From NCBI GenBank assembly GCA_900088475.1, contig FLMG01001379.1, positions 28,182 to 92,181 on the forward strand: a stretch of 64,000 nt of DNA, in the 5' to 3' direction. Of this stretch, positions 37,001 through 48,619 are shown in pieces. Position numbers and translations under genes: made by a program. The notes under the pieces are model-generated. The model saw only the letters and a program-made list of their open reading frames with translations, did no database searches and had not been told where the DNA came from. Origin of the DNA: Hyphochytrium catenoides (Eukaryota; Protista; Hyphochytriomycota). Position 1 is the first letter of the stretch; each line of letters opens with the position of its first letter.

Positions 37001-40000
37001 CCGACCAAGATGGGGTAAATGCGGGTGGTGGAGGAAAGAGTGTCTCGGAAAGGATAACCGGGAAAATATCGGGCACTCTCCGCCGTCCTCTGGGCTCGTC
37101 CAAGCCTCCACCGGCTTCTCTTTACGGATTACCTCGTCAGAGCTACGCTCTCTGGTCCGACTTGAAGCTTGAGGAAAATCTTCAGCACTTTCTTCAGGTC
37201 GCTGGCTCTTCAGACGATGAAGGGATAGCCATCTCGGGTAAGGTATATCTTATTTATCACCTATTCCTCTTCGCACCTGCGTCTTTCCTGTAGTCGCTGC
37301 TGTGCTCCTTCTACCTGATTATTCCATCCTAACGCCGGGACCCTCCTACCTACTTACTTACGTAAAGCTGGTCGTATTTTGGCGGCTCTGAGCAAACATG
37401 GAAGTGAGAGGAAGCAACGGCTCCTCTCAACTTTGGACGTAGTGGCTACTGCCGTGGTACTTACCAAGTCTAAGATTCAGCCCGCAGCCCGGTATGGAGC
37501 AGCTGTCCTTGCAGGTATGAGTTAGGAATGTCATTTGACAGGACTAAGACCATGGGCTACGGGCAGCAAGGTACGCACAACGGACTCGCTCTCACTCTCC
37601 TCATGTTTAATGTGACAGGCCTCACTCAAAACCCACCGCAGCAGCAGTCCCAACACCCTGAACTGAAGGCCTTGACTAAGCCTGCCCTACAGATGCTGCA
37701 ACTCGGGGCAGGAAGTAGTCTGGTCCAGTTGCTACGTTCTCAGGACCCACAGGCTATCTATTTTGCTTCTTTAGCGCTTTATCAGGTACTACCTCTATAG
37801 CCGCTTTGTAGTAACCTTATAGCTTGGGAAGCACATAGGCCCCTCTGCGAAGGTCGTGTATCGCTTTCTGGCATAACATCTGCCATTAACATATTTCTTC
37901 TAACAATCACGGTCGACCCCTCTCAGGTGGCAGCTCAGCGCGACGAGAACTCGTCCCAGCTCCTTGATCTGGGTATTGTGGACGCTTATGTTACGATCAA
38001 CCTCTCCGCCTTTGAGCGCAACATTAGGAACGCCATCTATCACATATCCTGTCAGCTGATTCTCTGTTTTGTCACTAACGTTGACCAGAAAATTAGAATT
38101 TTTAAACAGGGTAAGAGCACGCCCTCTGCATCTGTATAGAATGCAATTCCCACCCTTCCAGCAATCTGTTATAACAGCCTACCATGGTTTCTCAGTGCAA
38201 CCCTTTTTGGACTGCACTCTGCTGCTGCCAGTCTAAAATACTTTCAGCTGCAGGAGCTGGAGAATTGTCTCCTTGTATCTCTTATTCTGTATTGCAGTCC
38301 TAACATGATGTTGATCGGACCGTGCTGCTACAATGCAGGAGGAGTCGAATATTTGTTCTCTATTTATATGGGTCAGGAAGTTAGCAAAGAGCTCTTTGCG
38401 GAGGTAGCAATGACTTGTCGTTTCGTGTCCCTTTGAATCATCTCTTTCTACTTGACTGGTGACCCATTATTCTGCCTCAGGATATTGTCGTTCATTTGCT
38501 CTCTTTCGGTGGTCTGACAAATTTACTTTGACCTTGGATTAGATCGAGGTAATACTCTCAGCACTCTTTGGGACGAATGATGGTGCTGTCTCTATCCTAC
38601 CGATCCGTTCAATTATTCTGCTGGCGGGCTCCAACATTATACCAGCAAAGGTGCAGGCTGCTCATGCCTTTAGCACCATAGCGGCAGAATACCCGTATAA
38701 TAGCACAGACAAAACAGAGATGATCAGCTTCGTAATGTGCCTCATGGCGCTCCTCGAGGAGGGCTACGGAGAGGTATCTCAGAGTCGTGAAAGTACCTCT
38801 TCTTCTTCAACCTCCTCCGGTGTACTGAGAAAGCGAGGGGCGTTATCTCCTTCACAAGCCCATGAAGTGATTCAGTGCGGTTTGGAGGCACTGAAGCAAC
38901 TAAACCAGGCAGCTGCCAACCGACAACTTGTCGGCGAAGCAATCCCAACTTTAGTGACACTAGTTTCTTCGAAGTATATTCCCCTAGGTACAAATAGCCC
39001 TTGCCCGTTATGGTGCTATGCTCCTCGTTTTTGCCGTCTCTATGCGAAATGCCCTTCTTAACGTTTGGACCAGCCATGACTCCCAGACACTAATAATCTT
39101 TCAGTTTTACTATGCACTGTCTGACCACTGTCACTAACTACCCGTTAGCATAGCAACCACTAACGTGTACATCCGCACCTTATGATCGTTCATGATGGTG
39201 TAAATCTTCCTTTATAACCCCAGAAACACGCCTTGGTGCTGTGCGTCTACTGCTGGACTTACATGAGGGTGTGGATCACGAGGGGTTGCTAGCGGCAGAC
39301 AATGGAGCTGCTACTATCTTTTTATGTTTCCAGAACCAGTTGTCTGCGCCAGGAAGAGAAAGAGAAAAAGAGGAAGAAAATGCTTTCATCGAAGCGCTGG
39401 CGAAGTTGCTCGGGATCTGCTCTAAGTTTGTGAATGGGCGGCAGAGTATCGCCGTCAATAACGGTGTCGCAGAAACTTTTCAGTATCTTCAGTCCAAGAA
39501 TTTATCGGCTGCATGTCAGGTGAGGGAAGGGAGCTGAGTTGTAACCTTTTTACATGCTTTCCGAATTTAATCTGGCTTTGGAAAGCAACAAGGACCCTTC
39601 TAGAATGGTGGTCTCTATGACTGTAGAGTACCGATAGCGTTACAAGTGGCACTTTGGATAACGTTTTGCGGGGCCAAATAGTGACTCCTGAGAGGAAGGA
39701 CAACCGGCGTAACGTGATGCACTCTAAAACCGTCCTGTTGACTGGCAGGTGGACCTCCTCGTGCTTCTGGGTAATGTTCTCGCTGTGCCAGAGTTTGCTC
39801 GAGACTACTTTCAGCCAGTAAAGAAGAAAGCCATCCACTTCCTATGTAGAGGAATGCAGTCGGCCACTGTTACGCTGCCGCTTCAGCGTCAAATGCTTCA
39901 TTGCATAAAGCAGTTGGTGGAGTTTGAATGGATTAGGGTAAATGAGCACGGATTGGTGGCTCCTGATAATTCCGTTCTCAATTCTCAGACACCCCATGCT

Positions 40001-42240
40001 TGTTCGATATCTAGGATGACTTCCTTCGTGTGGAACGCCTGAAATGTTTTGATGGTCTACTGAAGAGTGATGGCCCCCTGGCAGAGCTAGCAATAGCTGT
40101 ACTTCGTCTCATTCTGTCTACCCCAACTGCTGCTAACGCAAGCGGACCGCTAAAAACAACTATAGTGGAGTTAGAAGGGAAGATGGCTGAGGTAGAAATT
40201 CTGTCTTATGACTTAGTCTCAAGCTCGCACTCCATTTCCTCTATTCATCTTCTCGCTGCTGCCAGGTATACTTTGAATACTCCATAGGTTCCCTCTTCCC
40301 ATTAAATCGTACGGAAGAGGTCATGAGCTTTCATTTTGTAACTTTCTTGTCACTACCTTACCCTTGTTCACAGGTAACTAAAGCGATAGAGAAGCATGAA
40401 AGTAAGCTGCAGCATACTCGAAGTGAGCCATCTATTGTCGGACAACCAGGAGAGCGCAGAGAGCGATCAAGTCAGGATGAGGGCCCCACTATTCCCATTT
40501 CCTCTGGTGGACGAGAAAGCGTTGTGCTGGGCGAGGAGATCGACTTTCTGCTAAGGTTCACTCTCACTGTCCTACGTCATATTTTTAGCGGTTTGGGTTC
40601 CTAAAGTTTTTTATGGAGTCACTCGATTGATTGCATACTCGCCTTACTCCATCTCTTCAAATCAATGCCAGTCGTTTCTTCCGGTACTTGATAAAGAGCT
40701 GATACGTATGTTACCCTCTTGCTCCTGTGCAGTCGGAACTTAGTCTTGTTCGAGCCTTGGAGGGTACCGTTTTTTGGTGGACTATCGATCGTTTCTTCGC
40801 ACCTAGGTCTTTCTCTAGCCTGGGTGCTCGTGGCCTATTGCCTGTGGACATATTACCGCAGTAGGCTTTTTTCAGAGAGACTGTCGACGACGAGCTCTTT
40901 GTGTTGCATTGTGCTTCTGGCCTTGGCGTATGTCCTATGCTGGAGTTACTTTTTCTCGCTGGGTGTGCTTGGCATTACTTACTTCCTATGGACAATTGAC
41001 CGTCAAGGGAATGCGGAGATAAAACCCGTCCTTACCGTTAGGGAGGTTTCAGAAGACAAGGTACGTCGTTTTTTGTTTCGAGGTGGTGAGGCTTTAGATC
41101 TCTGCCTGGATTTGAGTCCAAAGGGATGGTAGTTGCCGATGAGCGAATGTTCGTGTCACCTATAGCGTCGGTTACCTTTCAGTCGGATGGGCTGAGCCTG
41201 AGGTCAAGAGGTCAAGGGCATTTAGTTACGATTAACTCCTTGTACACAGCTCTCTACCCTCACTCAACTGGATTGGCTTAATGCCACTGTGGACGCAGTT
41301 TGGCCTTGCCTTAACAAAGCCACCATGGATACAATCATGACTTCCGTCCAGCCGCTACTAGACAGCTCTCTACCCTACGGTCCTTTGAAGGCAATTCACC
41401 TAGATTGCGTTGATTTCGGAACCGTGCCTCCTCGCATAACGGGAGTGAAAGCGCACCGGGTCGACGCGACGGGCAGCTGCCTCGACATAGACCTTAAATA
41501 TTCTGGGAAGCCCAACATTGTCCTGAGCGTCCAACTTCTTGGTCCAATGGGAACCATGAAGGTGCAAGTGGCAGTTAAAACACTTCAATTGGCTGGGTGC
41601 TTAAGACTCCAATTCAAGGCGCTTGTTCCCGTTTGGTGAGTAGTCCCATACCGGAAGAGGAGATGGAGCGTGCATCGAGATCATTGTTCTGGGTACAGAG
41701 ATGTGGAAAATTCATGAGACGAAAGATCACCCACAGCGCCAGTGCGAAGAGTAGCGAAAAGAAAGCTTCAAATGGGAGGAAGCAGTCGCTCGGTGTTCAC
41801 TGATGAAAATGGAAGACAGCAAAGCATGGGGTGACAGGAAGAAGTCAATGTCATATAATTGTGAATGGACTCATCATTCCCCTCCCCTTTGCAGGCCTCT
41901 ATTCTCTGCCATTGGGGTTTCCTTTACAAGCAAACCGCACCTTGTTTTCAGCGTCAATACACTCAAGATGGATGTTATGAACGTCCCTCTGCTGTCGAAC
42001 AAGCTACAGGAGCTTCTTATGCGCGCCATCACGGAGAATTTCGTGCTTCCCCACGTTCTATTAGCACCTGATTGGCGGCCCGAAATGGTGGAATACATGA
42101 AAAACATGGGCATTCCAGATCTGCCAGACGGATGGTTTGCCCGATATCCAGCCTTAGCTTCAGAGCTGATCCAAGCTGCGGCTCTACCAGCCCCTGCCTC
42201 CACCCCATCGCATGGCACAGAAAGAGACAATGAGGGATAG
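25030..42240 (+). CDS. Giant multi-exon protein: ARM/HEAT repeats with three PH domains, hydrophobic TM region and C-terminal SMP (TULIP) lipid-transfer domain
   Basis: ARM-type exons (e.g. NRQSISACGGLAVLSSCLGHPRTLIVTRACEALASIF). PH domains near 26070-26590, 30090-30870 and 36070-36660. Junction CTA AG|GT...CAG|T CGG links the ARM part to the TM exon at 40733. SMP: LDWLNATVDAVWP...DFGTVPPRITGVK...LDIDLKYSG...LRLQFKALVPVWPLFSAIGVSFTSKP...DVMNVPLLS...FVLP. Stop TAG at 42240. I checked many but not all junctions. Confidence 0.8.
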
Positions 42241-42477
42241 GCGTACGACTGCCAGCGATCGCGAACTGGCGACAGCCACCACCGCGGTCTCCAAATGGAA
42301 TCTCTAAAAGTTGAAGTGAGAAATATTTATTAGGGTTCATGACTATTAAAATTTCAATTGAACCGTGTGACCCTAAGAGCAGGTGCCGTAACGCTTCACT
42401 TGCTAACTGGTACCGAACTCTCTACGCCATGGCTGACGGTGGTTACAATCCCCTCCGATTTATATACACGACCTCTT

Positions 42478-45400
42478 CTAATCCCGATGTTGACCACTCT
42501 TAAGCTCTCGTAGAACCTTCTGGACTTCACTAATCCGAAGATCGTTGGTATCATAGTTGTCCAAGTAGGCAGCCTCGATTGTCGTCACATCTTCGTTTAG
42601 CCGCTCATGGATGTCCCCAGCGTAAAAAGAGGCCCGGCTCTGCCGTCGGAAGCTGGAATGACGGTAAAGAAACCAAGGGAAAGAGTCTTAGTCCTGGTAA
42701 AGTGATCTCCAGGGAGGAAACCATAGGGGTATGACATCCAACGGAAAACCCTACCACAAAGGGAGGGAGTGGGAGGAAAGGACTAGACCCTATCGCAAGT
42801 GAAATAAGAATCACAATCCAATAAAACTGCTTACCTCGCTGAGAGCCGATCTCGCTCTTTGTGCATCTCTGGGTCTTCTGAGGATGAGTTCTCAATAATC
42901 TTCTTCATAATGGCTACCATCTGTTTGGTGCTCTTGGCGGTACCTGGAAGATGGGTATCGTAAGTGCCTAGTTGCTTGTTTGGTACTCTTCTTTTGTGCT
43001 ACTTTCATGACTATAACCTTTTAACTAACTTGCAGGTGTAAGTCAGAAACTCTTAGAGGAACTTCTCGTCAGTCTAACATTGTTGACAACCCTTTGCAGA
43101 CTAGCCAACTAAGTTCCTCCCCGTTGCTGGTGGGGGCCAACGTCTTTGTTTGTTTCGCCGTGTATATACATATATATACATACAGAAATGCTCAATGGAA
43201 GTGTACTACAGGGCTTTACCCCTTACCAAGTCAGGCAACTTGCCAATAGCTCATGTTCTTACCTGAGATTGTTCCATTCGTGATGCTACTTTTGAACAAA
43301 GTTGACTTGGTAAAGTGGACGCTAACTTCAACGGCTATGCTGCACGCCGTACCGTCGGCACTATTTGTAAATATGTTTGCAGTTTCAATCTGTCGCAGCG
43401 AAGACAATCCGCAGTTGTAGGAAATGGGTTTAGGTGGAGAAGGGGAGAGAAAACGCGTCTTGTAGGAGGGTATAGTGCGAGCTAAGGCGTTCCACTTGCC
43501 GAAAAGTAGCTTCCATACGGGATATCTTTCGCGTATGTCTTTGTCCTACAAACCAGCTGACCACCGTCCGCTGGAGGCAGAGGTAGGAGGCTTAGATTCG
43601 GTAGTGAGGAGATAGTAAGAGTGACACAAAACGGGATGATAGGAAACTCTCAAGAGACGAGCGACCTCTAATGACAAAGGCTACAAGACACGCTGGTCAC
43701 GCATTGGGCAAGACCTACCAGTGAAGAAAGCGTTCTGATATTCTTCAACTCGACTTGTTTTGACCCCTGGGACTCCACTCACAGGCATGGCGAATGTCTG
43801 CTTCCTGGTGCAAACGACGGTTGTGGTCAAACCTATCCTTGATCTATCTTACTCTCTCTCAAACCGTGCTGTCTCGTTACTAATCTGTCCCATTATGTCG
43901 AAGTTGTTCTCTTTGGGCGGGCGACGAATAATTGGCCGGCACGACATTGCCTTGACGTACCTCACTTTACCCAATTCTGGGTGCCTATACCAGCAAGTCA
44001 CGTCCACATCTGCGTTTCCATCTTCCTCATGACGCTCCATGTTGAAGTCGGAGCTCTCTGCATAGAACAGTTCCCAGACCTTCTTCACGCTAGAGAGTAG
44101 TTCAGGTAAGTTCGATGAGCGGCGGCCATTAGATTGAATGGTTATCGGCGAGGAAGATGTTGGTAAGAACCCAAAAGCTAGAAGATGAAGCTGACGGTGT
44201 TCTGCAGATAATCCTCCATACTTACTTGACCCCTAGTTCGTCCGAATAGATCTCTTTGAAGTCTGAGTCTTTCGATTCGAAGAACCCCGGCTTCACCTCG
44301 TCCAACCAGGGACACGTTGGTGTCGGAGGTCTTAGACTTTTGACAACTTCTTGCTCCGAGGCCCCCCGATCTCTTTGAGCTGGCACAAGTCTCTGGTGTG
44401 TTTAGAAAGTATTTGGGTCAATAGAGGGTGACAAATGCGTGCAGTAGGCAGCTATCAAACGAATTAACCGGAAGGCTGAAGCTCTACCTACCGATCGGGA
44501 GCTAGCTCTAGATCTGGTGCTTCCAGCTAGGGGCACTGGGGTGCCATACACGGATGAATGGAGGGAAAGGCCACTTCTTGTGGAATAGTAACTTTGTTCA
44601 GAATTTGTTGGGGAGGAGGACCCGTCAAAGGGCTCAGGACTTGGGACTGTAGGCAAACGCGAAGCAAAAGCGGATTACTTTCTCTCCTAGCTCTAGTGCC
44701 CTGTTGGATTTTTAAGGCTGTCATATCGTGTCTGCCTCTAACAATACAGCAACTCTAACCTCGTGACTCTCATCCCCATCTTCAAGTGCTTTTGGACTGC
44801 AAACTTACTCTCCTCATTCTTGTCAGCGAAACGCGAGCAGTAGAATCTCTGCGCCTTGTTGATAGCGACTGGGTCCTTATGCCCTCGATACAGCTTCAAT
44901 CCTTCCCCTTTTCTGACGACCCAAGCTCCCTTAAACCAGTTTGCCTGGGGTAAATAAATGCTGATGCAGTAGTCTGCTGCTAGATTTTCCACGGGAACCG
45001 AGTAAATTGCTAGGCTCTCCCAGTTGCCGCATTTCTTAGCTTTTACCTACGTTTAAACAGTAGACGGTTATAAGTAGGGTTAATGGCAGGGCCATGATCG
45101 AACATCACTAAAGGCGAATACTTAGAGGAAACCTTGGAGTATTAGGCGGAAGCACTCTGACGATCAGAAAGAGACAACCGGGACGCGAATGGAGAAGTGT
45201 TGACACAATCTTAGATAGATACCGACTTGAAGGGAGCTTCCCATTCCGGTCTGTCCCAGGTAACGGCCGGTCTTAACACTTCGAATGCCTAGTCGACCCT
45301 TATATCGCACAAAGTGAAACAGACAAGATTCATCTGGCTGTTGTATCAGCTTCGCACTACGCCCCTGTACGGATAGAAACTTCCCAGTCTCACAGTCCTA

Positions 45401-46396
45401 TGAAGGGAAAGCGAAACCGAAGTGTGAACATCCTTATCGCAACTCAGGGACCTCTCCTTCAACAAAGATCTCCTTTAACAATATTGTAAGCGCAGGGGAG
45501 ATTACCTTAAATATGTACTTCTCTCCTGTGTGCCCAATGGAGTCTAACCGCTCTACCAAAGTCGAATGCGAGGTTGGTAGCGTTTTTACTCTTGTTGCCT
45601 CACCAAAGGAAGAGATTGAGTCCGTGAGGTCTGCAGGAAAACTGTTATGAGAAAAGGGAGCTTGTGCCCAACTTCTCTCTGCAACCCAAGGTGCGTCATC
45701 TCCTCTTTCAAGAATTATCCTTTTCCCCTGTACCGTCAGACCACCTTGATCTCCTTTTTACTTACCTTCGCTATCGCTCTCCGCAGTCTGCAGATAATCC
45801 CTAAGTCTTGCTGCATCCAGGGCCTTGATCAGCGTTATCAAGAGCTTGAGGATAAGCCCCAGTTAGGGCCAGAGATACCGCAATTCTTCTCATGAATTAT
45901 TTGAAAAAATTTGGTACATTGACATCATCCCCACTGAAAGGCTGAAGGCAGTCTAAGGTATTCGAGAGGAGAAAAGAACCGGATGGCCGTGACCATCACT
46001 TAGGTCACTAATTGTAGGAGAACATCGGTTGCTATGTCGAGAGACTGAGGCTATGCCGAGAGAATGAGGCTATGCTGTGAAGAAGCTACCTTATCGTTGG
46101 CTGTCTGCATAGATATTGGCTTTCGGCAGATGTCCAGAACACGAACCTTCAGCTCATTCGTCTCTTCATAAGAGATGGACCCAGACGCGCTGAGTTGGCC
46201 AATCTGTCGCAGAATGTATACCGCTTCTGACACATCCCTTTAACAAGTAGGAAGGGTTAGGAGCGCAATGTAACGCTTAGGTCTTCAAATGTCAAGGACT
46301 CACATGTCGTCTGTTGAATCAGCTGTGTCATAGCTACTGAGCTTGGCTGAGAGAGGGCCCGACGAGTTCAAAGCTACCCTTTCACTTCTCCCACGA
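42478..46396 (-). CDS. Fascin-like beta-trefoil + VASt (StARkin, LAM/Aster-type) sterol-transfer domain protein; 5' end lost at/behind the N-gap
   Basis: Spliced trefoil-like part: KYIFKDCETGKFLSVQG...LFHFVRYKGRLGIRSVKTGRYLGQTGMGSSLQVKAKKCGNWESL. VASt: ELGVNVKKVWELFY...HEEDGNADVDVTCW...KTSRVEEYQ...KDIPYGSYFSIE...CSIAVEVSVHFTKSTLFKSSI. Stop TAG at 42478-42480. Confidence 0.8.
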
Positions 46397-46459
46397 NNNN
46401 NNNNNNNNNNNNNNNNNNNNNNNNNNNNNNNNNNNNNNNNNNNNNNNNNNNNNNNNNNN
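46397..46459. other. Assembly gap (63 N)
   Basis: Run of n; interrupts the 5' part of the VASt gene. Confidence 1.
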
Positions 46460-48619
46460 TTGGAGTAGTACGTGGAACTGGTGAAAAGTACGCTTACGCT
46501 AGCATTCTTCCCCCAGAGCTCAAGCTACTGCGTAGAACCGTAGTTGGATTTATCCTGGGTGCGAGACTGAGCTCGCTGCTGCTCGGTTGGCCTACTTGCC
46601 AGTCATCTCTCAAGAACCTAAACCGATGTTATGGTGTTGCGTTGACAGGAAGACTCGTTAGTGTCAAGAGGCACTGTAAGAAGAGGATGTGTGTCTCTAC
46701 ACTTGCCGGATTATTGAGCACGATTATCTATAGAGACATCCGCTTCAATGCACCCCCCTAACGTCTACGAAGCTAAAGTGGGTAGCTACCGAGCTTGTCA
46801 GGGGTGACTGCAGTCCCTATTTGTGCTGCTTGCTACTCCTCCCAGATGGACTGGGTGAGGCGAGATCCGACAGAAGGAAGAATACTGATTGTTACCTATA
46901 GTTATTGTCGGCAGGAGTCAAGAGGGAGTTGCACAAGGCTCAAGGAAAACAGCAAGCTCATCAGAGACAACAAGCAGTCAGGAAGGTGGTCAAGCAGTGC
47001 AGCGGGGAGAGATGAAGGAGGACACTTTGTACGACGATGCTGATCTGTTGACAACTGGAAGAAAGAAAAAGCACTTTTGTGCCTTCTCTCTGTTCCCCTT
47101 CTCCTTTCTTTCCTTCTGTGATGGCTTTTGGGTTGCAGTTGAGAACTATGAACAGCAGAATAGCCTTTACATTATGAGGGAGAGAACATAGAGGAGCAGC
47201 ACGAGACAGACAGAGAGGGAAGGGGAGGGGAGAGAGAAGAGGGGGAAGGGGAAGAATCAGGAGCTAAAAGTGGCATCAACCATATCAGGGATAGGGGGGT
47301 ATTATACCAAACTAGTACGTACGGATTCTGGACACAAATCGTGCGTTCAGCACAGGGAGGAATGCGTGCTCTAGCAAGTGGGGTTCCCACCCCTGTCTAC
47401 AGGTCACGGAAATTTAAAGCTACACATTATCCGCAATTGGCCCCTCTGGCAGGGGTCCTCCCATTGGCGGAATCTGTCTTGCACTGTTCTTTCGACCCAG
47501 CAAGCTCGGTTAGTGCATCCGATCATCGGGAAGCACCTCAGCTCTAAACAGCGGACAGCGGCAAGCATCAAGACCTCCAAGAGCCTCCTAGCGCTCCTAG
47601 GAAGGCTATTCCTGACGCCCGCCCGATGACCCATCAACAGCTGGTAGTTCTAGATGCATGACGCGGACAGCTGGTTACCTAGATGTGGTTGCTGGGATCG
47701 CTGGGACTCATCTATGCGCGCCATCGTCGCGGTTTCTAAGGAATGCGTGGTGGAGTTGATCGGCTCATCTGCTGCCAGGACTCGTACTTGCTACAGTCTA
47801 CTCATTCACTCCATTGCTTGCTTTACATTGAGCGTATAGCTAGGTACCTTCGACCCGCAATCCCTTTATCGTATCTTCTTCAACAGTGTCAACAGAACGG
47901 CCTTCGCTGTCCGCTGCTGCAGTACATATTGAGGTCTCTAAGGCTTGCGCTCCGTGCATCATGCAGTTTCTAGTACTAGCAGCTTTATGAAAGCCTCACA
48001 AAATATACTTCTCCAGCTCGCTGTACTGGAGGGAACGGATGCGCCAGCAAGACCTGTATGCGTCGCAGTTGAGTCTTCATACCCTCCATAATTTGTATCT
48101 TAGATCCGCCTAAAATACATGCGACATTAAGGTTCTCTGGATGTACCGTCACTGGCTTTCCTCCGGCGACTGTTACATCCACGACGGTCTAGAGTCTGCA
48201 TCGACCTTCAGAGTAGCAGTAACCACTCATGGGGGGGTGCTGTAAGCATACTCCGTAAGCTGCTAATCCTGATCAGTCCTGCTGCTGTCCCTTTGTGCAT
48301 ATTGTCCAATATTACTACCCGTGACCTTGTGTGTGAGGGATTGGTAAGAAGCCCATCGGACTATCCCTTCAGGAGAAGCAGTCGCGTATAGTTCTACCTT
48401 CCTCTATTACTTTATGCGAAGAGCAAGGACCATTTTCGCTCGTTCTTCCGAACCGCAGCTGCCTTTAGGACACTCAATGAAAAGCTCTCTTCAAATAGTC
48501 TACGACTCCTTCGCTAAAGGTGTAGGTACTGACTGGTCTCTGAATCCTCGTGATCCTTACCGTCCAAAATAAATCAATTCTCAAATGCACTTCAAGCTGT
48601 GTCCCCTTCCTGTTTTCAG

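Noticed and set aside
40733-42240. Stand-alone extended synaptotagmin gene
   Set aside because: No ATG opens the TM exon, the upstream junction is in phase with the ARM exons, and no C2 domains follow.
43161-43184. TA-rich microsatellite-like tract
   Set aside because: Short intronic low-complexity sequence with no evident function.
46460-48600. Scattered ORFs and a purine-rich tract near 47190-47260
   Set aside because: No identifiable domain or coherent splicing; may hold the VASt gene's 5' end and promoter.
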